Assembly: GCA_963676915.2 (NCBI GenBank)
Contig: CAXXVK010000006.1
Location: forward strand, 32,001-96,000
Source: Myxococcota bacterium
GTDB taxonomy: Bacteria > Myxococcota_A > SURF-8 > G963663525
DNA: 64,000 bases
Direction: 5' to 3'
Shown in pieces: positions 50,027 to 60,259 of the stretch; within the stretch, counting starts at the first letter, position 1; each line of letters opens with the position of its first letter. The notes below the pieces were generated by a model that was not told the DNA's origin, made no database searches, and was given only the letters and a program-made list of their open reading frames with translations. Both the position numbers and the translations under genes were made by a program.

Positions 50027-51421
50027 TCAATTGGCGTTGATCGTTGGTTCGGCGATCCGTTCCAACCAGTCGTCCAATTGCTTTACGAATTCCAGCACCC
50101 GGTTCGGTGCTGCACCTCCTTGCACGTCGCGATGTCGGATGGAGGCTTCGAAATCGAGCGCCAATGCTTCCGGTGAAAGCTGCGGGAAGCGTTTTTGGCG
50201 CTCTTCCAGGTCTGTATCCAGCGAGTTTCGTCCTGACTGCTCCAGTTCTGCGACCCAACGGGCGACTTCACCGTGAGCGGCACGAAACGGAACGCCTGCT
50301 TCCACAAGACGGTCGGCAAGATCGGTGGCGAGCATGTCGCCACTGAGCGTACGAGCCATGTTCTCGGGGAAAAAGGTCACGTCGACTAAGGCTTCGGTCA
50401 TAACTCTGACGACGAGCTTTGTGGTGTCCACGGCATCGAACAAAGCCTGTTTGTCTTCCTGGAGATCTTTGGCGTAAGAGAGCGGCACGCCCTTGGTGAG
50501 CGTCAATAGCGCCGTGGATTGTCCAATGACACGCGCTGCCTTGCCACGAACCAGTTCCATAGCATCGGGGTTGCGTTTTTGCGGCATCATAGACGATCCC
50601 GTGGACCAGCGATCCGAAAACCGCAGGTAACCGAAGGATGGATGACTCCAGAACACGAATTGCTCGGCATACCTGGACAGGTGCGTTACGAGAATCGCGC
50701 ATGCACTTGCTGTTTCCTGGGCAGCATCCCGGTCGGCGATGGCGTCGAGGCTGTTGGGTAGTACATTCTCGAACCCCAATGCATTTGCAAGTTTTTTGCG
50801 GTCCACCTTGAACCCGGAACCTGCCAGAGCGCCACACCCCAGAGGACATAGCGCGGCTCGGTGGCGGGCGTCGGCCAGGCGGTCGAAATCTCGAAGCAGC
50901 GCGGCGGCCAGGGAGGACAGAAAATGTCCCAGCGTGATCGGCTGGGCCGGTTGCAGATGTGTGGTGCCTGCCAACAGGGTTGCGGCGTGGGTTTCGATAG
51001 GATCGCGCAATACACGAACAAGGGCGGCGACATCGTCCATCAACCCGCTCAAAGCATCCATGACATAGAGTCGCAGATCGGTTGCCACCTGGTCGTTTCG
51101 ACTGCGGCCGGTATGGATTTTAGCCCCGGTTTCGTCAAGACGTTCGGTCAGGAAACGCTCGACCAACGTATGCACGTCTTCGTCATCCGGCAGAACGTCG
51201 AAGGCTCCGGCATGGAATTCTTTGAGAAGCGCGTCTAGTTCCCGTTCGACGTTCGCCACTTCCTCGGCGCTGAAAACACCGATACGCCCCAATTCGCTCG
51301 CCCATGCACGATTGACGGCCACATCGTAGGGCAACAGGCGAATGTCTACGGGAAGCGAACGGTTGAGCGCGTCCATCAATTCGGAAACGGGCAAGTTCAG
51401 GCGGCCTTCGTACAGCGTCAT
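50027..51421 (-). CDS. argH: Argininosuccinate lyase
   Basis: EDVH, HTGRSRNDQVATD, THLQPAQP, TGSSMMPQKRNPD, KDLQEDK. Confidence 0.97.
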   Translation of the reverse strand: MTLYEGRLNLPVSELMDALNRSLPVDIRLLPYDVAVNRAWASELGRIGVFSAEEVANVERELDALLKEFHAGAFDVLPDDEDVHTLVERFLTERLDETGAKIHTGRSRNDQVATDLRLYVMDALSGLMDDVAALVRVLRDPIETHAATLLAGTTHLQPAQPITLGHFLSSLAAALLRDFDRLADARHRAALCPLGCGALAGSGFKVDRKKLANALGFENVLPNSLDAIADRDAAQETASACAILVTHLSRYAEQFVFWSHPSFGYLRFSDRWSTGSSMMPQKRNPDAMELVRGKAARVIGQSTALLTLTKGVPLSYAKDLQEDKQALFDAVDTTKLVVRVMTEALVDVTFFPENMARTLSGDMLATDLADRLVEAGVPFRAAHGEVARWVAELEQSGRNSLDTDLEERQKRFPQLSPEALALDFEASIRHRDVQGGAAPNRVLEFVKQLDDWLERIAEPTINAN

Positions 51422-51422
51422 G

Positions 51423-52703
51423 TCAGTCTCTCTTGAAGGAATCCCGGTACTTCGAGTATTTCGGCGCGGTATATCCTTTCAGACCATCGCCGCCTTCCAT
51501 TTCGATCAGCGTGCGAACCTGGATCGGCAACCCATACAGGTTGATGAAGCCTTCCGCGTCCTTTTGGTTGTAAACGTCGTCCTCACCGAATGTGGCGAAA
51601 TCTTCGCGGTACAGACTGTAGGGAGAACGTCGACCCCGGACGATGACGTTGCCTTTGTACAGCAACAGCCGGACTTCTCCGGTGACGTTTTGTTGGGTTT
51701 CCTGGAAAAAGGCGTCGAGTGCTTCACGCAGGGGCACGAAATAGCGACCGTTATAGATCAACTCTGCATATTTTGGAGCGAGTTGTTCTTTGAAATGCAA
51801 GGTTTCGCCATCGAGCACGAGGGTTTCCAATTCATGATGGGCGGAGTAAAGAATCGTTCCGCCCGGTGTTTCATAGACACCGCGTGATTTCATTCCGACG
51901 AGGCGGTTTTCTACCAGATCCACTCGCCCGATGGCGTGGTCACGACCGATGGTGTTGAGTTGCGTCAGCAATTCGGCGGGAGAGTAGCTTTTGCCGTCGA
52001 TGGTTTTCGGGAATCCTTTTTCGAATCCGATGGTGACTTCCCGGCCTTCGTCCGGTGCGTCCCAGGGATGGCGGGTCAACTGGTAGATATGCGGTGGCGC
52101 GGCTTGCCACGGATCTTCCAGTTCTCCGCCCTCGCTGGACAGGTGCAGCAGGTTGCGGTCGTGGCTGTAGACGCCTCGCTTTTTCACTTTGAGTTCCACG
52201 TTATGTTTTTCGGCATAGGCAACGGCGTCTTCGCGGGAGCGGATATCCCAGATGCGCCACGGAGCAATGATCGGAATTTTCGGGTTGAAGGCTTTGAACG
52301 CCAACTCGAAACGTACTTGATCGTTGCCTTTTCCCGTGCATCCGTGTGCTACGGCATCGGCGCCTTCGCTTTCTACCGTGTCCATCATGTGCTTGGCGAT
52401 CAACGGACGAGCAATGCTTGTTCCCAGCAGATAGCGCCCTTCGTAAATTGCACCGGTCTGGATCATCGGGAAGATGTAGTCGGCGCAGAATTCTTCCTGT
52501 AGATCGGCGATGACGACTTTGCTTGCGCCAGTCTTGATCGCTCGTTCTTCCAGACCGTCCAACTCTTCGTCACCCTGCCCGACGTTGCCGACGAAGGCGA
52601 TGACTTCGCAGCCGTATTTTTCCTTGAGCCAGGGAATGATGATCGAGGTGTCCAGCCCTCCCGAATAGGCGAGCACGGCTTTTTTAATGGATAGGTTTTC
52701 CAT
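51423..52703 (-). CDS. argG: Argininosuccinate synthase
   Basis: [40 protein letters not shown]. Confidence 0.98.
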   Translation of the reverse strand: MENLSIKKAVLAYSGGLDTSIIIPWLKEKYGCEVIAFVGNVGQGDEELDGLEERAIKTGASKVVIADLQEEFCADYIFPMIQTGAIYEGRYLLGTSIARPLIAKHMMDTVESEGADAVAHGCTGKGNDQVRFELAFKAFNPKIPIIAPWRIWDIRSREDAVAYAEKHNVELKVKKRGVYSHDRNLLHLSSEGGELEDPWQAAPPHIYQLTRHPWDAPDEGREVTIGFEKGFPKTIDGKSYSPAELLTQLNTIGRDHAIGRVDLVENRLVGMKSRGVYETPGGTILYSAHHELETLVLDGETLHFKEQLAPKYAELIYNGRYFVPLREALDAFFQETQQNVTGEVRLLLYKGNVIVRGRRSPYSLYREDFATFGEDDVYNQKDAEGFINLYGLPIQVRTLIEMEGGDGLKGYTAPKYSKYRDSFKRD

Positions 52704-52756
52704 GATGTTCCTCCGTTCCGGCGTTGGGCCGGGTATTGATAGAGCGTGTTATTTGT

Positions 52757-53185
52757 TTAAAATACCTGGTCTTTCAGGTGGTTCATCCATCTGTCACGTT
52801 GTTCTTTTGAATTGAAGGCCGCAAACACCGTGTCGTCTCCCGCGATGGTTCCGGTCAGATCGTCATCTTCCGCAGCATCGAGTACGACCGCCACCGAACT
52901 GGCGTATCCCAGAGTAGTGTGAACCACTGCCATGTAGGGGCCAGCGGGTAGAAGTTTGAGAATGCGCCCTTTTAATTTTGAAATTTCACCATCCGATTGC
53001 GTCGGTACGGCGTAACGTCCTGAAACTTTGGAAAGATTCAAGGCGCGGATATCTCTCGAAACCGTTGTTTGCGTCGTTTCGAAACCCCGTTTGGAGAGCT
53101 TTTCACGAAACTCGGTTTGCGTCGCGATGTTTTCTTCTCGCACCATCTCCAAAATGGTTTCGCGTCTTCTCTGGGTTTCGGACAT
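52757..53185 (-). CDS. argR: Arginine repressor
   Basis: IATQ...TQTTVSRDI, GTIAGDDT. Confidence 0.95.
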   Translation of the reverse strand: MSETQRRRETILEMVREENIATQTEFREKLSKRGFETTQTTVSRDIRALNLSKVSGRYAVPTQSDGEISKLKGRILKLLPAGPYMAVVHTTLGYASSVAVVLDAAEDDDLTGTIAGDDTVFAAFNSKEQRDRWMNHLKDQVF

Positions 53186-53197
53186 TACGATATTCCT

Positions 53198-54274
53198 TCA
53201 ATCTTCCAGGTTGCCAAAAAACGAGAGCGCCAGTTGCGTATACCCTTCGATACCTTTCTCCAACTCTTCGATAGAAATCCATTCGTTCGGCTGATGGGAG
53301 CGCGCCGGGTCGCCGGGACCGACTTTGATGGCCGGAATCTCTCGCCGAGCCAGAGCCGCCCAGTCGCTGGCGGCATCCGAAGCGAAAAATCGCTGTTTGG
53401 CGAGCGCTTGTTTTGCCGCACGTAAAATTCGTGCGTTGTCCGGTGTCCGGCAGGGAACCCACTGATCGTCAATCACACGTAGGGTTCCTTCTATCGTTTG
53501 TTCAATAATCTCGGTAAGTTCCTGGTGAGTATAGCTCGGCGTACTGCGAAGATCCAACACGGCTGTGGCATATGGGGGCGTTACGTTATCGGCGACTCCC
53601 GCTTTCAGGCGTGTCGGTGTCAGGCGGATGTTTCCAAGTTCGTTGTGCACCCTATCGAATTGTAAGGCTTTCAGTCGCTGTAAATCACTTGATAGCCGAT
53701 AGATCGCGTTCGGACCATCGGTGCGTGCCGCATGTCCTTGAACGCCATTTGCGGAAAGTTCCAGCACCATCAAGCCTCGTTGCGAGGTGGCAACATCCAT
53801 TTTTGTGGGTTCGCCAACCACTGCGCCGTCGATCGATCCGAGATTTTTCAATAATTTCGGCAGGGAAGGGCTGTTGCCTTCTTCTCCGATGGAAAATGCA
53901 GCGATGGCGCGACCTTGTTTTAGTCCTTGCTGTTTTAATCGTATCATGGCGAACAACATCGCCGCCGCCGAACCTCTGGCATCTACTGCGCCACGACCAT
54001 ACAGCCGGTTTTCTTCGCGTACGGAACCAAATGGCGGATGCGTCCAGCCATCACCTGCCGGAACCGTATCGAGATGCGTACAGAACAATAGCACTGGACC
54101 GGGTTTGTCCGCCGAAATCTCGAAAACGATGCCGTCTTCGGAAACGTCCGGTTTGAAACCCATACGCTCGACCCATTGGGCGGATCGTTCGAGGATCGCC
54201 GTTTCCCGGCCCGTTACGCCTTCAACGCAAAGCAGGTCGGCAAGCAGTTCAATTGGTTCAGGCGAGTTCTTCAT
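53198..54274 (-). CDS. argE: Acetylornithine deacetylase (M20 family)
   Basis: HLDTVP, YGRGAVD, GEE, GEPT, GHAA, GPGD...SHQPNE; position inside the arg operon. Confidence 0.85.
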   Translation of the reverse strand: MKNSPEPIELLADLLCVEGVTGRETAILERSAQWVERMGFKPDVSEDGIVFEISADKPGPVLLFCTHLDTVPAGDGWTHPPFGSVREENRLYGRGAVDARGSAAAMLFAMIRLKQQGLKQGRAIAAFSIGEEGNSPSLPKLLKNLGSIDGAVVGEPTKMDVATSQRGLMVLELSANGVQGHAARTDGPNAIYRLSSDLQRLKALQFDRVHNELGNIRLTPTRLKAGVADNVTPPYATAVLDLRSTPSYTHQELTEIIEQTIEGTLRVIDDQWVPCRTPDNARILRAAKQALAKQRFFASDAASDWAALARREIPAIKVGPGDPARSHQPNEWISIEELEKGIEGYTQLALSFFGNLED

Positions 54275-55193
54275 CCTGGTACTTTTGCTTTTCCCTCTGG
54301 TTGACGATCATCGTGCCGCATCCTTCACCTGTGAACAGTTCTACGAGCAATGAATCGGCAGGTTCCGTGCCGATAATGTGCGTACGTTCCACTCCTTGTT
54401 CTGCAGCATGGAGACAGGCTTCCAGCTTGGGACGCATTCCTGCATCGATGGCTCCCGACTCCAGCAACTCCACGAGGTCGTCCCGGTCGGCGAAGGGTAT
54501 CAGCGTGGTGGGATCGTTTTTATCCTGCAACACGCCCGGAGCACCGGTCACGAAAATGAGTTTCTTGGCGTTCAGGGATACCGCGATGGCTTGGGCCAGA
54601 CCGTCAGCGTTGATGTTGAGCAACGAGCCTTCTTTATCGGCACAGAGACAGGCGACGGTGGGGACGAATCCGGCTTCCAGTTGCGTTTGCAACAGGCCGT
54701 TGTCGATGCCGGAAATATCTCCTACGTGGCCGAAATCGACGAGTTTTTCCACGCCGTCGTCATCGGTGATTTTCACGGGAGGACGTTTGGAGGCACCGAC
54801 CATGCGTCCATCCACGCCTGTCAGTCCCAGGGCTTTGACTCCGGCCTTGTTGAGTACGGCGCAGAAGTCGGTGTTGATCGTTCCGGCGTAGGTCATGACG
54901 GCGATGTCCAGCACTTTGTCGGAGGTCACCCGGCGCCCCGCGACGATTTCCGGTTCGATACCCAATTGACGTGAGAGACGAGTGGCCTGGGGACCACCGC
55001 CGTGCACGAGCACAATCCGGATGCCGAGGTCGCACAACAGGGCGATTTGCTCGACCAGCGAGTTTTTTTTGTTTTCATCGTCCAGAATACCGCCGCCGAT
55101 TTTCAGGACGAATGTTTCGTTTCTGTACAGTCTGAAATAGGGTTGGGCTTGTTTCAACCCTTCGATTCTTGTGTTCATTGGAAAGTTCTCCAT
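54258..55193 (-). CDS. argB: Acetylglutamate kinase (arginine-sensitive type)
   Basis: N-terminal helix with AQPYF, KIGG, VHGGGPQ, GRRVT, NINAD, GMRPK, ELFTGEGCGT. Confidence 0.95.
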   Translation of the reverse strand: MENFPMNTRIEGLKQAQPYFRLYRNETFVLKIGGGILDDENKKNSLVEQIALLCDLGIRIVLVHGGGPQATRLSRQLGIEPEIVAGRRVTSDKVLDIAVMTYAGTINTDFCAVLNKAGVKALGLTGVDGRMVGASKRPPVKITDDDGVEKLVDFGHVGDISGIDNGLLQTQLEAGFVPTVACLCADKEGSLLNINADGLAQAIAVSLNAKKLIFVTGAPGVLQDKNDPTTLIPFADRDDLVELLESGAIDAGMRPKLEACLHAAEQGVERTHIIGTEPADSLLVELFTGEGCGTMIVNQREKQKYQDEELA

Positions 55194-55211
55194 CGTGTGA
55201 AAACGGGTTGA

Positions 55212-56375
55212 TTATAGTTTGGATAAAACTTCTTTCAGTGCCGAGACAAATCGCAGCGCCTCGTCTCGAGTCAATGTCAGTGGCGGCATGACGCGCAGAA
55301 CGTGAGGATCAATGCAGCTTCCCGAAAGGATCAAGTGACGATCCCTAAGTACCGGCTGTATCGCTTTCGTTTCCGCTTCCGTTTCGATGCCGACAAGCAG
55401 TCCCAAACCCCGAACGTTCTTGACTCCCGGGATTTTTGACAGTTCCTCGTGAAGCAACTTGCCGAGTTGGTGGGCGTTGTCGATCAGTTTGTCTTTTTCG
55501 AGCGTTTCCAGGGTTGCCAGTCCCGCCGCCGAGGCTACAGGTCCGCCGCCGAAAGTCGTACCCAACATACCTGGTCCGATCTGATCGGTGATGTTCCGGT
55601 CGGCCAAAGTGGCTGCTACGGGAAATCCTCCGCCAAGACCTTTGGCGAGCGTCAGAACATGAGGGTGGACGCCCAACGCCTGCGAAGCCGTGAACGCACC
55701 GCTTCGTCCTGTGCCGCACTGCACTTCGTCGAATACCAGCAGCGAGCCGGTTTCGTCGCAGCGATCACGTAGCGCCTGCAAAAAAGCCTTGTCCGCCGTT
55801 CGCGCGCCGCCAAGTCCCTGTACCGGTTCAATCACGACCGCCGCGCAGCCGTCGCCGATAGCTTTCAGCGCTGCATCGGTGTAGTTGAACGGTACGATTT
55901 TGACGTGAGGATACAGCGGTTCACCTTCGAGGCAAGCGAGCTTACGGTACTTTTCGATACCGCCAATGGAAAGCATCAGCAGGCTGCGTCCGTGGAATCC
56001 ACCCTCGAAGGCTACGACGGTTTTTCGCTTCGTGACGATCCGGGCGAGCGTCAGCGCGTTTTCGTTGCTTTCCGCTCCGCTGTTACACAAAAAGGCGGCG
56101 TACATGTTTTCCGGGGCCATGGCCACGAGTTTTTCACAAAACTTCCGTCGGATTTTCAGGTCGACCGCATTGGAGTAAAAAGTCAGTCGTTCGGCCTGTT
56201 GCGCAATGGCTTTGGTTAGAGCCGGATGGGCGTGCCCTAGTGCTGCCACGGCGTGACCGCCGTACATGTCGAGATACTCCCTGCCTTCGGAGTCGATGAC
56301 TACGTTGCCGTGACCTGAGACGATTTCGAAGGGAAGCTGTTGATAAACAGGCATTTGAGGAGGAGCGCTTAGCAT
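55212..56375 (-). CDS. argD: Acetylornithine aminotransferase (class III)
   Basis: YLDMYGGHAV, NSGAESNE, FHGRS, EPVQG, DEVQCGTGR, LAKGLGGG, TTFGG. Confidence 0.92.
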   Translation of the reverse strand: MLSAPPQMPVYQQLPFEIVSGHGNVVIDSEGREYLDMYGGHAVAALGHAHPALTKAIAQQAERLTFYSNAVDLKIRRKFCEKLVAMAPENMYAAFLCNSGAESNENALTLARIVTKRKTVVAFEGGFHGRSLLMLSIGGIEKYRKLACLEGEPLYPHVKIVPFNYTDAALKAIGDGCAAVVIEPVQGLGGARTADKAFLQALRDRCDETGSLLVFDEVQCGTGRSGAFTASQALGVHPHVLTLAKGLGGGFPVAATLADRNITDQIGPGMLGTTFGGGPVASAAGLATLETLEKDKLIDNAHQLGKLLHEELSKIPGVKNVRGLGLLVGIETEAETKAIQPVLRDRHLILSGSCIDPHVLRVMPPLTLTRDEALRFVSALKEVLSKL

Positions 56376-57400
56376 GGAAAACCTCCCGCGATCTGCAATC
56401 CCGCCGTCTCTTCCAGTCCGAGCGACAGGTTCATGTTCTGAATGGCTTGTCCCGCTGCACCTTTGACGAGGTTGTCTAGTGCCAGCGTAATGACGAGTTC
56501 CCGTTGCGATTGCGTGACGTGCACGTGGACGTGGTTTGTTCCTGCCACTTCGGCTACTTGTGGTGGCGCTTCGGTTACCGTGACGAACGGGTGATCGCTA
56601 TAGTAATCCCGAAAGAGCGTTTCGGCATCTAAATCACTGTAAATTTCGTGTTCCAGGTAGGTCGTCGTGTGAATGCCACGCACGAACGGACCCGAGTGGG
56701 GAAGCAGGCGGATCGACGGCTTTTGTCCCGTGACGGTTTCGATAGTCTGGACGATTTCCGGCTCGTGCTGATGGGCAAGCAGTTTGTAGGCCCAGAAATT
56801 CCCGTGACGATGCGGATGATGTGTACCGGGTTTGGGATGAATACCCGATCCCGAGGAGCCGGTAACGGCATAGACGGCCGGATTTACAGGTAATATCGAT
56901 TCCTTAGCCAAAGGCAACAAGGCCAGTTGCACTGCCGTGGCAAAACAACCGGGATTCGCAATACGGCTGTGTCCTTTGAGGTCGTTTCGAAACGCTTCGG
57001 GAAGTCCGTAGCGGTACCGGGAGACGAGATCGAAACAGGTGTGCGGCATGAACGAACGTTCGAATGCTTCACGGTCATGCAAACGGAAATCGGCGGCCAG
57101 ATCGACGATGCAGGGAAGCTCGGAGTCGGTCAGATCCGCAAGAAAACTCATGCTTTTGCCATGGGGCAGAGCAGAAAACAGCACGTCGGCATCTTCGAGA
57201 ACTTTCGAAGGGGAAAACGCCTCGAAATCGAGAGCCAGCAGATGACGAAGACCGCGATGCACGGCATGAACGGGTTTGCCTTCGTGACTATGGCTGTAGG
57301 CGTGGAGTCCGGAGACGTTCGGATGTCCCGCAAGCAGGCGTAGCAATTCGCCTCCTGCCATGCCTCCAGCGCCGAGGACCGCTACTCGCAGATCGTTCAT
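56369..57400 (-). CDS. argC: N-acetyl-gamma-glutamyl-phosphate reductase
   Basis: DLAADFRL, YGLPE, IANPGCFAT, HQHEPEI, DNLVKGAAGQAIQNMN. Confidence 0.96.
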   Translation of the reverse strand: MNDLRVAVLGAGGMAGGELLRLLAGHPNVSGLHAYSHSHEGKPVHAVHRGLRHLLALDFEAFSPSKVLEDADVLFSALPHGKSMSFLADLTDSELPCIVDLAADFRLHDREAFERSFMPHTCFDLVSRYRYGLPEAFRNDLKGHSRIANPGCFATAVQLALLPLAKESILPVNPAVYAVTGSSGSGIHPKPGTHHPHRHGNFWAYKLLAHQHEPEIVQTIETVTGQKPSIRLLPHSGPFVRGIHTTTYLEHEIYSDLDAETLFRDYYSDHPFVTVTEAPPQVAEVAGTNHVHVHVTQSQRELVITLALDNLVKGAAGQAIQNMNLSLGLEETAGLQIAGGFPC

Positions 57401-58461
57401 GCCGGTTTCTCCACTTTTTCCAGTGCCTTCAGTACCACTCCGGCCAATCCTTCCAGATCGTAGCGAGCGTTGTGTGCGGCGAGTTTCAGTTGGTTTTCGA
57501 TGTATCCCCGGCCTACGCCGTTATCCGTTACCGGTCCGGCCATGGCGTCGATGGTCAAGCCGAAACGCTGGTGATAAATTTCTTTTGCTCCATAGGCCGC
57601 TACGGGATCGGGGGCGCATACGATGTGACACGAAGCCGCCTGTTGGAATTCGGGATCGGAAAGGATGTCCGATACACCGTAATCGCCCAACAGACCGTCA
57701 CCCAGTTCGGCTACGATCAGATCGGGTTTCTCGGAAGCCAGGAAGTTGATAAGTCCTTTAGAGACGGGAAGAATCCGTGCCCCTCGTGTAGAGACGACCC
57801 CGGCATCGGTGAAGTCGAGGATACGGCTGGCCCCGGCGTCTTTCATGGCGAGAACGTCGCGCATCAGACTTACACCGGTTAGTTTGCAGGCAGCGACCTG
57901 CATGCCTTGATGGGAAAGCGCTCGGACGATTTCGGTGGCGGCCACGGTTTTTCCGCTGTTCATGCTCGTGCCTGCCACAAAGACGAGAGGCGGCAGCTTG
58001 GCGAGAGTTTCGCTAGGTTCGATTCCGTTCGATTCGATGCGTGCTGGCTGGCCCACGCGGTCGCCGACACGGGGGAATTTCAGAATGGAACCCAGCACTT
58101 CGGCCTCGAAGGGGTCACCCAACTCCGGGTTGATGGCGGTGCAACGTCCCAGCACGCCTCCCAAGTTGAGCACTTGTACCGTATCTCCGGCGGCGAGCGT
58201 ATCGGGCACTACTCCTGCATACCCTTTAAGCGCCATTCGGTAGCCTAAAACACCTGCAAGAATATCGTCGCGGTGGAGTTTGATCATCCGCCCGTTGATA
58301 TCCTCGATACGGTTGTAGGTGTACTTGCTGTTGAGAATACGCACAGCCAGCAGGTGACCTTCCTCGCAGACGATTTCGTCTCCGACGAGCACGTCGGGAG
58401 AAAGCGAGGCATTGCGCGTTGAAGAGGCGATACGGTCGAGTTTGATTTTTCGGACTTGCAT
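57397..58461 (-). CDS. DUF1611/DgcN-like P-loop protein, first gene of the arg operon
   Basis: VAGTSMNSGKT, AACKLTG, DFTDAG..ST, IVAELGDGL; stop overlaps the argC start (ATGA). Confidence 0.7.
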   Translation of the reverse strand: MQVRKIKLDRIASSTRNASLSPDVLVGDEIVCEEGHLLAVRILNSKYTYNRIEDINGRMIKLHRDDILAGVLGYRMALKGYAGVVPDTLAAGDTVQVLNLGGVLGRCTAINPELGDPFEAEVLGSILKFPRVGDRVGQPARIESNGIEPSETLAKLPPLVFVAGTSMNSGKTVAATEIVRALSHQGMQVAACKLTGVSLMRDVLAMKDAGASRILDFTDAGVVSTRGARILPVSKGLINFLASEKPDLIVAELGDGLLGDYGVSDILSDPEFQQAASCHIVCAPDPVAAYGAKEIYHQRFGLTIDAMAGPVTDNGVGRGYIENQLKLAAHNARYDLEGLAGVVLKALEKVEKPA

Positions 58462-58477
58462 AGGATTCGCCTTTAAA

Positions 58478-58524
58478 ATGCATAAATATGCAACAAAATG
58501 CAGTTATAATGCATGAAAGATGCA
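58478..58524 (-). promoter_or_regulatory. ARG-box array (ArgR operator) in the arg promoter region
   Basis: TGCATAAATATGCA at 58479-58492 plus further ATGCA half-sites (five in all, 10-11 bp apart); TTGACT on the minus strand at 58528-58533. Confidence 0.8.
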
Positions 58525-59054
58525 TAAAGTCAAGTTTAAAACGGTGGAATATTCGTGTGATTTTGCAGAAACGTACCGTTTCGCTTTTTTTGAGTCAATT
58601 TTTCAGGAGGATTGTGATGGAATACCGGATTCAGCCTGTGAAGAAAATACTTATCAGGGATACTATGAATGAGATTCTCTTGGTGAATTGAAAACCAGTA
58701 TTAGGCAAATGTAGAAATTGCAATTTAATCGTGTTTTGTTGTTTCCATCCCTTTTTACACTTGTTGAGCTCTTCCAAATTATGATCCAGTAAAGAATTTT
58801 TGCAGGAAAAGAGAGGCTTTATTACGAGGAAAGGGAACTGCCAATCCAGGCCACGAGAACTGGATGTGTGTTCCTGAATGTTGGGTGCTGAAAGGTCACT
58901 TCTACGAAATCCGATGCTCTGGTTGGAACGTGGCGCACTTACAGAAAGCTCGAGTTTGCTCTGACTCTCCACCTTTTTCTGCAATTTGTATAATTCTGCC
59001 TTGTACTCTATATTAATATAAGAAATTATATAGTTTAAGGTTTGGAGGTTGCCA

Positions 59055-60208
59055 ATGACTAAGGGGCATCAGAAAACGTATTTTTTTGTTTTCTATATTA
59101 CTACGATTTTCATTTTCGTGGCATGTGGCGGGAGTGATGATGGGGACGATGATTACGAAGATAATGGAAGCAGCGAATATGGCCGATCGGAGCCTAGTTC
59201 CTGTGAATCCACGACTGGGGGCGATTGTTTCGCCTGTGACATGCCTCCGAATATCCCAGCGGTTCCCGATCACCTGGAACCTGAAAATTTACCTTGGGAA
59301 ATGGGCCGCCTTTTAGCGATCAGTCACCCATCAACACCCCTATCGGAGAAAACCCCACGATACACTCCAATTCGGAAGCGATGATCGAAAAGTTGGTTAA
59401 GGATCAGGAGGAAAACGGCTTTTTCATTACTTTGACCAAGTGGACTATGCCAATCTATCTTGCCGATGCTTCGACCAAACGTTATCGCTTGGAATTAATC
59501 AACAACTGGGGGTGTGGAACTGCTCTTTTAGACGTGCCGATCCCGGACTGGACCATGCCAGATGACAGCAACGACGGTCGTATGGTGATTATCGATACGG
59601 AAAACAATATGTCTTTCGATATCTGGCAGGGGTGTACCAACGGAGAAACCTGGAGTGCCAGTTGGGCCAACTCCATAAGTCTGGATGGAACGGGAATTTT
59701 TCCGGACGGTATGTCTTCGAGAGGCTCGGGATTCTCTCTGATGGGCGGCATGATCTGGCCCCATGAGTTGGAAGCGGGGAAAATCGATCATGCTCTAGTA
59801 TTTTCCACCACCTATGCTCGTAGCGGTGGTCCGGTAGACCCTGCAACGGAAAGCGATGGCTACAAGAAGGGTGATGACTACCTCCCCGAGGGGGCACTCG
59901 TGCAACTGGATCCGGGGTACGACACCAGCGGTCTCAACGATATCGAAAAAATCATCGCCGAGGCACTTAAAACCTACGGAATGTATCTTGTAGACATTGG
60001 CGGCGGTATTGAGCTTCAAGCGGTCCATGTGTTATCGTTCCCGGAAAATCCTTATACAAAGTTTGGTATGGAAGCGGATCAGGATGGCGTTTGGAATTTC
60101 GACAACCTGAGTATCGAGCATTTCCGGGTGATCGATTTTGGTGAACAACATCCGGACTGGACCGATGGTCGGTGTTTCGAGGATGATCCGAAATTCGACT
60201 ATCCCTAA
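59055..60208 (+). CDS. Hypothetical lipoprotein split by a -1 frameshift near 59285-59300
   Basis: ORF1 has GGAGG RBS, lipobox FVAC and an acidic linker; overlapping ORF2 (PFSDQSPINTPI...IDHAL...PEG...ALKTYGMYLVD) has no start signals of its own. Confidence 0.7.
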
Positions 60209-60259
60209 GCATTTCAGTGTATATCTGTGCACGAAGTCTGATTGCGTCCGTATTCGGTC

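Noticed and set aside
58631-58984. 117-aa minus-strand ORF in an AT-rich intergenic region
   Set aside because: No RBS, TTG start, no motif; probably spurious
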